Positions 1 to 9,203 of a stretch of 64,000 bases of DNA are shown here, piece after piece; positions within the stretch are counted from its first letter, which is position 1, and every line of letters starts with the position of its first letter. The DNA comes from Candidatus Hydrothermarchaeota archaeon (GTDB lineage Archaea > CAYFZR01). A model generated the notes under the pieces. The model saw only the letters and a list, made by a program, of their open reading frames with translations, did not search any database and was not told the DNA's origin. The stretch is taken from contig JBHIEG010000008.1 of assembly GCA_046760505.1 (NCBI GenBank), positions 12,200 to 76,199 of the forward strand. The letters are read 5' to 3'. The position numbers and the translations under genes are program-made.

Positions 1-2
1 CC

Positions 3-92
3 GCATTGTCGAATAAAGAAGCATTGAACGACCTTAAAGCCATTATCAAGAAGACAAAGGCAGATAAACTCATTGGATTCGGAGGTTATTAA
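3..92 (+). CDS. hdrC: 3' end of probable heterodisulfide reductase subunit C (partial, runs off window)
   Basis: Open frame ALSNKEALNDLKAIIKKTKADKLIGFGGY* ends immediately before hdrB; resembles HdrC C-termini and fits hdrCB gene order. Confidence 0.55.
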   Translation, partial: ALSNKEALNDLKAIIKKTKADKLIGFGGY

Positions 93-983
93 ATGACCTA
101 TGCACTCTTTTTAGGATGCATTGCGCCTTTAAGATATCCAGACATCGAAAAAGCAACTAGAATATCTCTAAAGAATTTGGGAATTGAAATCAAAGATATG
201 GAAGGCGCTACCTGCTGTCCGGCAGGAGCATCCTTTAACTGTATTGACGAGATTACATCCCTCGCTATATCGGCAAGAAATCTATCTATAGCAGAGGAAA
301 TGAAATGTGATGTAGTTACGATATGCAGCGGGTGCTTTTCTACTCTTAAAGAAGCAAACAAGAAACTTAGAGAGAATAATGAGAAAAGAAAATTGGTTAA
401 TGAGGTTCTTGGCGAAATTGGAAGAGCATACAAAGGCAAAACGGAAATAAAACATCTTGTAGAATTATTATATGATGATGTAGGCATCGAAAGGATTAGA
501 GATTCAATTAAAAGACCTTTAAACGGTATTAAAATTGCACCACACTACGGATGCCATATACTAAGACCCTCCATATTTCTGGATGTAGACAATCCTGAAA
601 AGCCCAGAAAGCTTGATGAATTAATCAATGCACTAGGTGCCAAAAGCTTATCATACCAACACAAATTGATGTGCTGCGGGGCAGGAGGAGGGCTCCGCGC
701 ATATGACCATAATTTTGCAACGAGAATAGTAACCAGAAAATTAAATGCCATCAAAGAAGCTGGAGCCCATGCTATCGTAGACGTTTGTCCTTTCTGCCAT
801 CTTCAATTTGATGTATCTCAAGCAGAACTCAATGAAAAGAAAGGATACGAGTTTAAAATCCCTGTCTTTCATTATACACAATTACTCGCATTAGCCCAAG
901 GAAATGATCCTAAAGAAATCATTAGCGTTTCAAAAATACCGAGAGAAAATATAATTAATAAAATTAAGGTAGAGGCGAAATGA
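93..983 (+). CDS. hdrB: CoB-CoM heterodisulfide reductase subunit B
   Basis: Two CCG-type domains (FLGC..TCCP..CSGC; HYGCH..CCGAGG..CPFCHLQFD); GGAGG RBS. Confidence 0.93.
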   Translation: MTYALFLGCIAPLRYPDIEKATRISLKNLGIEIKDMEGATCCPAGASFNCIDEITSLAISARNLSIAEEMKCDVVTICSGCFSTLKEANKKLRENNEKRKLVNEVLGEIGRAYKGKTEIKHLVELLYDDVGIERIRDSIKRPLNGIKIAPHYGCHILRPSIFLDVDNPEKPRKLDELINALGAKSLSYQHKLMCCGAGGGLRAYDHNFATRIVTRKLNAIKEAGAHAIVDVCPFCHLQFDVSQAELNEKKGYEFKIPVFHYTQLLALAQGNDPKEIISVSKIPRENIINKIKVEAK

Positions 984-984
984 A

Positions 985-1404
985 ATGGATGATTTCGAAC
1001 CAAATATAATAGGTTTTTTGTGCAGATGGTGTTCTTATGCAGGAGCAGACCTCGCGGGAATAGACAGAATGCACTATCCTCCGAATGTAAGAGTTATCAG
1101 AGTTATGTGTTCAGGAAGAATAGATCCATTATTCGTTTTAGAGGCATTTAGACAGGGTATAGACGGCGTGTTAATAATGGGATGTCATCCGGATGAATGT
1201 CATCATGTCTCTGGAAATCTCAAGGCACTCAAAAGAGTTACACTCCTAAAAAAATTGATGGAACAACTTGGATTAAATCCAAAAAGGCTGAGGCTTGACT
1301 GGATCTCTGCTTATGAAGGGGGTAAGTTTGCAAAGGTTTCAACTGAAATGGTTCAAGAGATAAAGAAAATAGGTCCAAATCCTTTAAAGGAGGATTTAAG
1401 ATGA
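985..1404 (+). CDS. mvhD: Methyl-viologen-reducing hydrogenase delta subunit
   Basis: FLCRWCSYAGADLAG, RVMCSGR, GCHPDECH motifs; all Cys, no in-frame TGA. Confidence 0.95.
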   Translation: MDDFEPNIIGFLCRWCSYAGADLAGIDRMHYPPNVRVIRVMCSGRIDPLFVLEAFRQGIDGVLIMGCHPDECHHVSGNLKALKRVTLLKKLMEQLGLNPKRLRLDWISAYEGGKFAKVSTEMVQEIKKIGPNPLKEDLR

Positions 1405-2387
1405 AAAATTCAGATAATAAACTCAAATTAGCAATAGGTCTTGGTGCTACCTGCTCTGGATGTGATATTGCACTCCTTGACATAAAGGAAAAAATCTTAG
1501 GCCTTCTCGAAATAGCCGACATAATTTTCTGGCCTACTGGAATGGATGGAAAACAAAGAGATCTCGAGAAAATGAGAGATGAGAGCATCGATATCGGAAT
1601 ATACCATGGTTCGGTAAGAAATTCTGAAAATGAGGAAATAGCCAAGTTAATCAGAGAAAAATCCAAAATTCTGATAGCTTTTGGATCATGTGCATGCTAC
1701 GGTGGAATTCCGGGTCTAGCTAATATATCAAACAAATCTGAAATATTTGAAATAGTTTACAAAAAAACAAAGTCTACTGTAAATCCTGAGTTTGTCACGC
1801 CTCAAAAAAACCTGAGTTTCAATGGAAGAATCCTTAGTTTGCCTGAGTTTTATGATACGGTAAGATCGCTTGATCAAACCGTCGAAGTTGATTACTATCT
1901 TCCTGGTTGTCCTCCTCCTGTTCAGTTAATAGAACTTGCTATTTCCGCTATAGCGAGCGGAGAATTACCTCCTAAAGGATCTGTAATAGCCTCAGATAAA
2001 TCCCTTTGTGAGGAATGTCCAAGGGAAATAGAAGACAAAAAAATCTCCTTTATACATAGAATTTATGAGATAGTTCCAGATCAAAAGAGATGTTTACTAG
2101 AACAGGGAATTATTTGCTTAGGTCCTGCCACAAGAGGAGGCTGCGAGGCAAAATGTATCAAGGTGAATATGCCTTGCGAGGGATGTCTGGGCCCTTTACC
2201 AAACTTAAAGGATCAAGGAAGCTCTATTTTGAGTGCAATAGCATCTATACTTGCCGTTGAAGATGAAAAACAGTTGGCTGAAGATGAGTTGAAAAAGTTA
2301 GTTGAAAAGATCTTTGATCCCCTGGGTACATTCTATAGATTTACGCTTCCTGTTGCCCCCATTAATAGAAGGGTTGAGGATGGTTGA
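1401..2387 (+). CDS. mvhG: F420-non-reducing [NiFe] hydrogenase small subunit
   Basis: CSGC, GSCACYGG, PGCPP, CEEC, CLLEQGIICLGPATRGGC..C..PCEGC. Confidence 0.92.
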   Translation: MKNSDNKLKLAIGLGATCSGCDIALLDIKEKILGLLEIADIIFWPTGMDGKQRDLEKMRDESIDIGIYHGSVRNSENEEIAKLIREKSKILIAFGSCACYGGIPGLANISNKSEIFEIVYKKTKSTVNPEFVTPQKNLSFNGRILSLPEFYDTVRSLDQTVEVDYYLPGCPPPVQLIELAISAIASGELPPKGSVIASDKSLCEECPREIEDKKISFIHRIYEIVPDQKRCLLEQGIICLGPATRGGCEAKCIKVNMPCEGCLGPLPNLKDQGSSILSAIASILAVEDEKQLAEDELKKLVEKIFDPLGTFYRFTLPVAPINRRVEDG

Positions 2388-3879
2388 AATGCCTAAGATA
2401 TTCGATGAGCCTGAGACAATTACTACAAGAAATATAACCATAAAGCCGATTACCCGCTTAGAAGGTCACGGAAAGATCGACATATTCCTAAACGATCAGG
2501 GAAACGTTAGGGACGCATACTTCCAAGTTGTTGAACTACGCGGTTTTGAAAGATTTTGCATAGGAAGACCTGTTGAAGAACTTCCCAGAATAACTCCAAG
2601 AATATGTGGTGTTTGTCCCGGTCCCCATCACATGGCTTCTACGAAAGCAACTGATGCTGTATTTGGAGCAGAAGTACCAGAGCCGGCAAAGAAGTTAAGG
2701 GAACTTTACTACATGGCTCATATTATTCACAGCCACATAGCGCATTTCTATGTACTTGCTGCTCCTGACTTCATACTGGGTCCTGCAGAAGATCCAAGCA
2801 AAAGAAATATTGTAGGAGTGATAGAAGCAGTAGGAAAAGATACCGTTAACGATGTTATTACGCATAGAGCATATGCACAAAAGATTCAAGAGATAATAGG
2901 TGGTAGAGCAACACATTCTGTTTGCGGCCTGCCAGGGGGAATGTCTAAGGCAATAAGTGAGGAGGAAAGAAAAGAAATCGAAACGATGGCAAGATCTTGC
3001 GTTAACTTCTCGAGAAGATCTATCCAGATTTTTGAAGATTTGGTTCTCGGTAATGATACCTATGTAGATATTATTAAGGGAGACATATACAAGAATCAAA
3101 CATATTACATGGGTCTTGTTGATGAAGAGAACAGGCTAAACCTGTATGATGGAAAGATAAGAGTTGTTGATCAGAAAGGAAATGAATTCACTAAATTTGA
3201 GGCAAAAGATTATTTGGAACATATCGCCGAGCATGTAGAGCCCTGGACCTATCTAAAGTTTCCATATCTAAAGGCTATCGGATGGAAAGGTCTAATCGAT
3301 GGTCAGGAGAGTGGAGTATATAGAGTAGGACCTCTTGCAAGACTTAATGTAGCAGATGAAATTCCAACACCGCTTGCTCAAGAGGAATACGAGAAAATGA
3401 TTGAGATTCTTGGAGGAAAACCTGTTCATGCGACTCTTGCATATCACTGGGCAAGATTGATTGAACTGTTGTATGCAAGTGAGCGGTTGCATGAACTCTC
3501 AGTGGATCCAGAAATAACGAGTAATGATATTAGGGGAAAATTAGGCGAACCGAGCGAAGGAGTAGGCGTAATCGAGGCACCAAGAGGGACACTTTTCCAT
3601 CACTATATCACAGATGAAAGTGGTATCGTAAAAGAAATAAATTTAATAGTTGCGACAGGAAATAATAACGCTGCGATATGCATTTCGGTTAAAAAAGCAG
3701 CAGAATCTCTTATAAGAGACTGGAAGGTTAGTAACGGACTTTTAAATATGATAGAAATGGCTTTTAGAGCCTACGATCCTTGTTTCGCCTGCGCAACTCA
3801 TGCATTAGGTCGCATACCTCTAGATGTTCGGATATATGATAACGAAAAGAGATTGTTCAAAAGACTTACCAACTTTTGA
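2380..3879 (+). CDS. mvhA: F420-non-reducing [NiFe] hydrogenase large subunit (group 3c-like)
   Basis: TRLEGHG, L1 RICGVC, EAPRGTLFHHY, L2 DPCFACATH plus C-terminal extension; ATG 2380 preferred over TTG 2302. Confidence 0.93.
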   Translation: MVEMPKIFDEPETITTRNITIKPITRLEGHGKIDIFLNDQGNVRDAYFQVVELRGFERFCIGRPVEELPRITPRICGVCPGPHHMASTKATDAVFGAEVPEPAKKLRELYYMAHIIHSHIAHFYVLAAPDFILGPAEDPSKRNIVGVIEAVGKDTVNDVITHRAYAQKIQEIIGGRATHSVCGLPGGMSKAISEEERKEIETMARSCVNFSRRSIQIFEDLVLGNDTYVDIIKGDIYKNQTYYMGLVDEENRLNLYDGKIRVVDQKGNEFTKFEAKDYLEHIAEHVEPWTYLKFPYLKAIGWKGLIDGQESGVYRVGPLARLNVADEIPTPLAQEEYEKMIEILGGKPVHATLAYHWARLIELLYASERLHELSVDPEITSNDIRGKLGEPSEGVGVIEAPRGTLFHHYITDESGIVKEINLIVATGNNNAAICISVKKAAESLIRDWKVSNGLLNMIEMAFRAYDPCFACATHALGRIPLDVRIYDNEKRLFKRLTNF

Positions 3880-4224
3880 TTATAACATGCTTTCTAGCTT
3901 TTCCTTGGCATCGTTCATCTCTAGACGTATCAAACCGATATTTACATCTCTGTCAGTGATTACCGCCAGTATGGCTTTTCCTACATCCAGCACGAGAATC
4001 TTACCGTTTTCGGCTTCTATCATTGCTTGAGTTAACTTACCTTGTCCGGTCCTTTCAGCGGACTTTTCCCCAGTACCAAAGATGGCTGCACTCATCGCTC
4101 CAATCATATCTCCATCCATCGATTTTGGGAGTGCATTAGCTATTAGTAAGCCATCCTTTCCAACGATGAGAGAGCCAACTATGCCGTCTACCTTGGTCAA
4201 ATCTGAGAGCACGACATCTATCAT
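3880..4224 (-). CDS. Roadblock/LC7 (MglB-like) domain protein
   Basis: DGIVGSLIVGKDGLLIA...AMSAAIFGTGE...IEAENGKILV...NIGLIRLEM is a typical Roadblock pattern. Confidence 0.9.
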   Translation of the reverse strand: MIDVVLSDLTKVDGIVGSLIVGKDGLLIANALPKSMDGDMIGAMSAAIFGTGEKSAERTGQGKLTQAMIEAENGKILVLDVGKAILAVITDRDVNIGLIRLEMNDAKEKLESML

Positions 4225-4228
4225 AACA

Positions 4229-4732
4229 TCACCTCATGGCTTCCTCCAGTATCTTATCGATGAACTGTTCATCTGGATCTTTTAGTCTATATTTTTTCAT
4301 AAGCGTCTTTCTATCAATTTCGAAGGCTCCAATCAACCTTTCAAAGAATTTTTTACATTCTGTTTTTAGGGAGCCGTTTCTCTGAATGAATGATAACGTT
4401 GTTTTGAAATTGGCTTCTTCAGGATCATATACTATAAATTCAAATTCTTCTTTTACATCTTCTACCAATTTTTCACCTGCAATATCTCCAACCAGTCCTC
4501 CGGCATCGGAATAAAATACTGATAGTGCTCTGCCTTCTTTGAATATTATCCAGACATCTCGATTGATACTTTTTTTAGGGAAAAATATCCGGAGATAACC
4601 ACTAAATTTATCTTTTCTCAGTTTCTTAAGTTTATTCACAAATTCGCAGGGATCGATAATTCTTTCTTCCTCTAATATATGGGATTTACTCATTACCCAT
4701 GATAAGTTTGAGAGATAGTCATTCTTCTTCAT
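4229..4732 (-). CDS. DUF2226-like protein
   Basis: FSGYLRI...WIIFKEG and C-terminal DRKTLMKKYRLKDPDEQFIDKIL signature resemble DUF2226. Confidence 0.7.
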   Translation of the reverse strand: MKKNDYLSNLSWVMSKSHILEEERIIDPCEFVNKLKKLRKDKFSGYLRIFFPKKSINRDVWIIFKEGRALSVFYSDAGGLVGDIAGEKLVEDVKEEFEFIVYDPEEANFKTTLSFIQRNGSLKTECKKFFERLIGAFEIDRKTLMKKYRLKDPDEQFIDKILEEAMR

Positions 4733-4977
4733 CTCATCCTCTCTATCATTTTAATTGCATTTGTATCCCAGTAATATACCTTTACCTCCACTGTTTCATT
4801 AAAGTCTATGGCTTCTGCGGGACATCTATCAATGCAATTCAAACAAATTATGCAGTCTTCCTTCCTCTTTATATCAGGAACATCATCCTCGTTTTTTTCA
4901 AACACTGTGGTTGGACAAATATCTACGCATATGTTGCATTTTTTACAAAGGTCTTTGTCTATGAAGATTTCAGGCAT
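4729..4977 (-). CDS. 2x[4Fe-4S] ferredoxin
   Basis: CKKCNICVDICP and CIICLNCIDRCP. Confidence 0.93.
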   Translation of the reverse strand: MPEIFIDKDLCKKCNICVDICPTTVFEKNEDDVPDIKRKEDCIICLNCIDRCPAEAIDFNETVEVKVYYWDTNAIKMIERMR

Positions 4978-6397
4978 TATTTACCTCCTTTGAATATCTT
5001 TTAATGTAATGCAAATTCCCCTCGTGGTCAAATATTTCGATTTCACTACAAAATCTGCCTATTCTATGTGTAGCACATGAGAGACAAGGATCATGGGCTC
5101 TGACTGCAATTTCTATTAGATTTAACTTATTTTCATCCACTTTGCCGTCGCTGATTGCTTTTCTAGAAGCGTCTAAAATTGCCTGATTAATCGCCTTGTT
5201 GTTAATCTGCGTAGCCACTATTATATTCGCCCCCTTTATCCTACCCTTTTCATCTATCTCATAATGATGTATTAAAGTACCTCTAGGTGCCTCAACATGA
5301 CCTATTCCCACATTTTTGTACTCTCCTATATCTGCCCTGTATTCTCCATTCAAATCCTCAGATGATAGTTCTAGAGCCTTTTCAGATGCATACAACAACT
5401 CTATGAGCCTAGCATAATGATAAAGTAGAGTTGCGTGAGCCGGTCTCCCATAAGTCTCTCTAAAAATCTCAAGTTCTTCCTGTGCTCTTGGAGTTTCCAT
5501 TTTTTCAGTAAGATTTATCCTAGCAAGTGTATTGACTCTAAAAGTGCCATTTTCATAGCCCGCTTTCTTATAGTAGGGGAACTTCATATACGTCCATTTT
5601 TCAGCCCTCTCTGCGATGAATTCAATATAATCTTGAGTCTTGAATTTCTCAATCAAATTGCCTTCAGGATCCATTATACAAAGGTCTCCTTCATAATAAT
5701 TCATGCAGCCATTTTTTAGGGTTCCAAGGAAGTATGTTTCAAAGACTGCTAAATTTTCAATTAATTCATTGTACTTCTCAAATATACCTTTTCCTAATTC
5801 TAAAGTGAATTCTGCTAGATCTAAGGATTCTTTTGCGAGTTCTCTAACCTTTAATAAGGTTTTTTCATCTGGTAAATTTGCAACTCCGCCAGGAACAGCT
5901 ACGATTGGATGTATTTGCTGACCGCCGAGTAATTTGTTAATTGTCTGACCATTACTCCTTAATTTAAGGGCTTTTTTTGCCAATTCAGGTTGTTTTTTCG
6001 CAATACCTAAAACATTTCTCTCCTCGCTTGGAGAATCCGGACCCATTATAAAATCAGGTCCAGCCAGAATGAAAAAAGAAAGTGCATGACTGTGAATCAT
6101 ATGACCAAGGTACATCAATTCTCTAATTTTTTTTGCTGTTTCAGGGATTTCAACATCAAATAAATCATCCACAGCTTTTGCGCTTGCTAGATGATGGGCT
6201 GAAGGACAAACACCACATATTCTTGGAGTTATTCTCGGCATTTCCTCAACACGATAACCTTCCAAAAATTTTTCAAACCCTCTAAGTTCCATGACTTGGA
6301 ATCTGGCATCGTTTACTTCCCCTTTATCATCTAAGAAGAGAGAAACTTTGGCATGGCCTTCAATTCTTGTTACAGGCTCAATAACAATTTTTTTCAT
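4970..6397 (-). CDS. Second group-3 [NiFe] hydrogenase large subunit (MvhA-like)
   Basis: TRIEGHA, RICGVC, EAPRGTLIHHY, DPCLSCATH plus C-terminal extension. Confidence 0.92.
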   Translation of the reverse strand: MKKIVIEPVTRIEGHAKVSLFLDDKGEVNDARFQVMELRGFEKFLEGYRVEEMPRITPRICGVCPSAHHLASAKAVDDLFDVEIPETAKKIRELMYLGHMIHSHALSFFILAGPDFIMGPDSPSEERNVLGIAKKQPELAKKALKLRSNGQTINKLLGGQQIHPIVAVPGGVANLPDEKTLLKVRELAKESLDLAEFTLELGKGIFEKYNELIENLAVFETYFLGTLKNGCMNYYEGDLCIMDPEGNLIEKFKTQDYIEFIAERAEKWTYMKFPYYKKAGYENGTFRVNTLARINLTEKMETPRAQEELEIFRETYGRPAHATLLYHYARLIELLYASEKALELSSEDLNGEYRADIGEYKNVGIGHVEAPRGTLIHHYEIDEKGRIKGANIIVATQINNKAINQAILDASRKAISDGKVDENKLNLIEIAVRAHDPCLSCATHRIGRFCSEIEIFDHEGNLHYIKRYSKEVNNA

Positions 6398-7308
6398 AAC
6401 TCCTTCACCATCATTATTCTTGGCTTGGCAAGCATTATTTTTGAAGCAGCTGTAAATGTGTAAGGCATCTTTGAAGCCTCTTTCATGTGGTTAATCACTT
6501 CTTCTAGTTCTATATTTGTTATGGCACTAACTAGTTCAGCTAGAGAATAACCAACATCCTTGAATGGATTTTTCAATATTTTCTCTGATGGTCCATTACA
6601 TCCATTGCAAGGGATACCGTTGCTCGGACATTTTGCATTGCATCCGCCCATTGTAACGGATCCCATGCAGATCAATCCATGGCTTATCAAGCATTTCTCA
6701 TCGGTTATTTTCCCCTCATAACTTCTTCTCAATCTATCTAACTCAACCCTTTCCATGATTCGATTACACTCAGAACAAACGGTTTTTCTTTTTTCTCCTT
6801 TTTTATTCTCTATTACATTAGATATTGCAGTTACTATGTTCTCAGGTGTGGGGGGGCAACCAACTATGTAGAAATCCACATCCACTACTTCATCTAACGT
6901 CTTAACACTTCTTGTTAGTTCTGGCAAACCTTCTTCTTCACTCGGACACACTCCAGTATATTCAGCAGTTACAACGTCCCTATAAACTTTCTTTTTCAAT
7001 TCATCAGGAGGATAAAGTCCTCCAAGCGAGAATAAACCTCCATGACAGGCACATGTACCAAATGCAATTAGTGTATCTGCCTTCTCTCTCATTATCTTGG
7101 CTTTTTCTTCGTTTTCTGAATTTCTTATGCACCCACTCACTATGGCAACGTCACACTTAGGAAGTTCTTTTATGTCCATAAGTACTGGAGAATAAACGAC
7201 TTCTACCTGTTCTAGGAGAGATAATAGATTTTCATCTAAGTCTAGGATTCCGATCTCGCATCCCCCGCAGATTGCTAACCATTCTGTTGCCAATGTCAAT
7301 TTTGACAT
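6394..7308 (-). CDS. Second [NiFe] hydrogenase small subunit (MvhG-like)
   Basis: WLAICGGCE, GTCACHGG, VGCPP, CSEC, CLISHGLICMG..GGC..C..PCNGC. Confidence 0.9.
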   Translation of the reverse strand: MSKLTLATEWLAICGGCEIGILDLDENLLSLLEQVEVVYSPVLMDIKELPKCDVAIVSGCIRNSENEEKAKIMREKADTLIAFGTCACHGGLFSLGGLYPPDELKKKVYRDVVTAEYTGVCPSEEEGLPELTRSVKTLDEVVDVDFYIVGCPPTPENIVTAISNVIENKKGEKRKTVCSECNRIMERVELDRLRRSYEGKITDEKCLISHGLICMGSVTMGGCNAKCPSNGIPCNGCNGPSEKILKNPFKDVGYSLAELVSAITNIELEEVINHMKEASKMPYTFTAASKIMLAKPRIMMVKEL

Positions 7309-7782
7309 TTAATCCTCCTCAAAGATCAATTTTTTTAGACAGGCGTTTATTCCCGCCTTCTCAATCTCTAAATCAACTCTTTTCCCTAGAACTACACCAA
7401 GTGCTCCAACAATGTACCCATGAGTCAAATAACAAAGTATCCCTTCTTGTTCAATTCCTTCTCTCATTAGAGTATTCCTGATGGGACAATGTCTGAATAC
7501 TAGCTCACAACACAATCTCCCATCTTCGTCGATAAACATATATTCATCTCTTTCACTTCTTTTAAAAAGTTCAATTTCCCATGCACCTTCAAATAGCCTG
7601 CTAATCTCATCAATTGCTTCATTCAGATCTTCTGTTCTTCTAGCCTTAGATGCAAGCTCAATTCCAAGGGATTTTCCCGAATTATAGCTCATTGACTTTG
7701 CCCCAAAGCCGAGAGTATCCTCCAATGACGTAGCAAAACTACCCAAAATCGTCATTAGGAAATGGGTATCTTTTTCTATCAT
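7309..7782 (-). CDS. V4R-like small-ligand/metal-binding domain protein
   Basis: YNSGKSLG helix, then FRHCP..LCYLTHGYIVGAL..AC pattern typical of V4R. Confidence 0.7.
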   Translation of the reverse strand: MIEKDTHFLMTILGSFATSLEDTLGFGAKSMSYNSGKSLGIELASKARRTEDLNEAIDEISRLFEGAWEIELFKRSERDEYMFIDEDGRLCCELVFRHCPIRNTLMREGIEQEGILCYLTHGYIVGALGVVLGKRVDLEIEKAGINACLKKLIFEED

Positions 7783-7824
7783 TTTGCTTTACCCCATTTT
7801 ATTTTACCCTTTTTATCCTGCTCT

Positions 7825-8268
7825 TTACTCTACTTTCTTCACACATTTTTCATTAGTCTCAACTATCTTCACATCTCTCTTTTCATTGGTAAGATGGCTC
7901 AATGTTCCCGCAATGATACCATTTACCAAAAAACAAGGTGCTCCTCCTTTTTCAACACCTCTTTCTTTAAGAGCATTACCAAGCGGGCAGGAATTAATTT
8001 TTAGAGTTATGCTTCCTTCATCTGACTCTATTTGATAGTCTTTTAACCCTATTATATCTAACAACTCTTTTATTTGTTCCAAAATATTTTCTTTAGTTAT
8101 CAGTCTTGAATATCTCTCCCCATATCTTTTACTTGATTGATAACAAATTCCCTTGCCACCAGCCCCTATAAGATCCTCTACCGTCTCATCCACTGCTGTT
8201 ATAAGTATTTTAAGTGCCTCATGCATTCTTGCATAATCATCCTCATCAGGAGTTACGTGGAGAATCAC
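7825..8268 (-). CDS. V4R-like domain protein, paralogue of the downstream gene
   Basis: INSCP..PCFLVNGIIAGTL..KC; start uncertain (GTG 8268 chosen, ORF open to 8367). Confidence 0.68.
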   Translation of the reverse strand: MILHVTPDEDDYARMHEALKILITAVDETVEDLIGAGGKGICYQSSKRYGERYSRLITKENILEQIKELLDIIGLKDYQIESDEGSITLKINSCPLGNALKERGVEKGGAPCFLVNGIIAGTLSHLTNEKRDVKIVETNEKCVKKVE

Positions 8269-8493
8269 CGTTATCCCTTTATAATTTAATATAATGAGTT
8301 TTATATACTTTATCTCAACGATTATGGTTAAAATCCTCAAAAATATAGCGCTTATTTTCAATATCAAGAAATAAAATTACAAAGTAGTAATTATTTCCAT
8401 TGAAGTATGTGAAATAACATTTAAGAATCAGTAAAAATAAAAACAAAAGATTCAAATTCCATAAAAGTATAGTAAGATGTGCTGGTGAAGGAA

Positions 8494-9201
8494 ATGAAGC
8501 AATCAAACTTAAATACCGCGGAAGAATGGACTGAGAAGGGATACTCCTTTGAAAAGGATGGCTTGTTTGAAAAAGCAGTTGAATGTTATGATAAAGCGTT
8601 AGAGATCGATTCCAATTATGCAAAGGCATGGAATAATAAGGGAACCTCTCTTTTTACATTGAGAAAGTTTGGAGAAGCAATAAGATGTCTTGACAAGGCC
8701 TTAGAAATAGATCCAGATTATGCTGAGGCATGGAATAATAAAGGGATATGTCTTTTTTCCCTAAGAATGTTCGATGAAGCACTTAAATGCTTTGATAAAG
8801 CGCTGGAAATCGATCCAGAATCGCCAAACGTTTGGTTAAATAAAGGCAATGTCCTGCAAAACATGGGTAAGTACGATCAAGCCATAACATCATACGATAT
8901 GGCTCTGAAATTAAATCCAAACTTGAAATGGGCATGGAGCAGTAAGGGATACACCCTCCATGGCATTGGTAATTTGAAGGAGGCAATAATCTGCTACGAA
9001 AAAGCCTTGGAGTTAGATCCCAAGCTTGCTGGAGTATGGAACAACAAGGGACTTGCTCTGAAGGATTTGGGCAGGTTGGAAGAGGCTTTAGAATGCTTCA
9101 ACAATGTTTTAGAGCTTGAACCCTCCCTCACTGTTGCCAAAGCTAATAGAGATATGGTATTAGACCTTATCAAGAAACGAGAAAAATACAGAGTTGATTA
9201 A
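8494..9201 (+). CDS. Tetratricopeptide repeat protein
   Basis: About six 34-aa repeats AWNNKG..L..L....EA..CFDKALE.DP; GGTGA RBS before ATG 8494. Confidence 0.93.
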   Translation: MKQSNLNTAEEWTEKGYSFEKDGLFEKAVECYDKALEIDSNYAKAWNNKGTSLFTLRKFGEAIRCLDKALEIDPDYAEAWNNKGICLFSLRMFDEALKCFDKALEIDPESPNVWLNKGNVLQNMGKYDQAITSYDMALKLNPNLKWAWSSKGYTLHGIGNLKEAIICYEKALELDPKLAGVWNNKGLALKDLGRLEEALECFNNVLELEPSLTVAKANRDMVLDLIKKREKYRVD

Positions 9202-9203
9202 TA

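Noticed and set aside
985-7308. Selenocysteine recoding in MvhD or the hydrogenase subunits
   Set aside because: All relevant positions are Cys codons and the ORFs are full length with no in-frame TGA
7779-7827. Possible frameshift extending the first V4R gene (KEQDKKGKIKWGKAK*) to an ATGA overlap with the next gene
   Set aside because: Only 15 open codons, and ATG-ATA creates the TGA automatically; the protein already ends at the same CxKK point as its paralogue
8560-9130. About 102-nt periodic DNA similarity (gcatggaataataa..., gataaagcg..gaaatcgatcc)
   Set aside because: Explained by TPR coding repeats; not a CRISPR or other non-coding array
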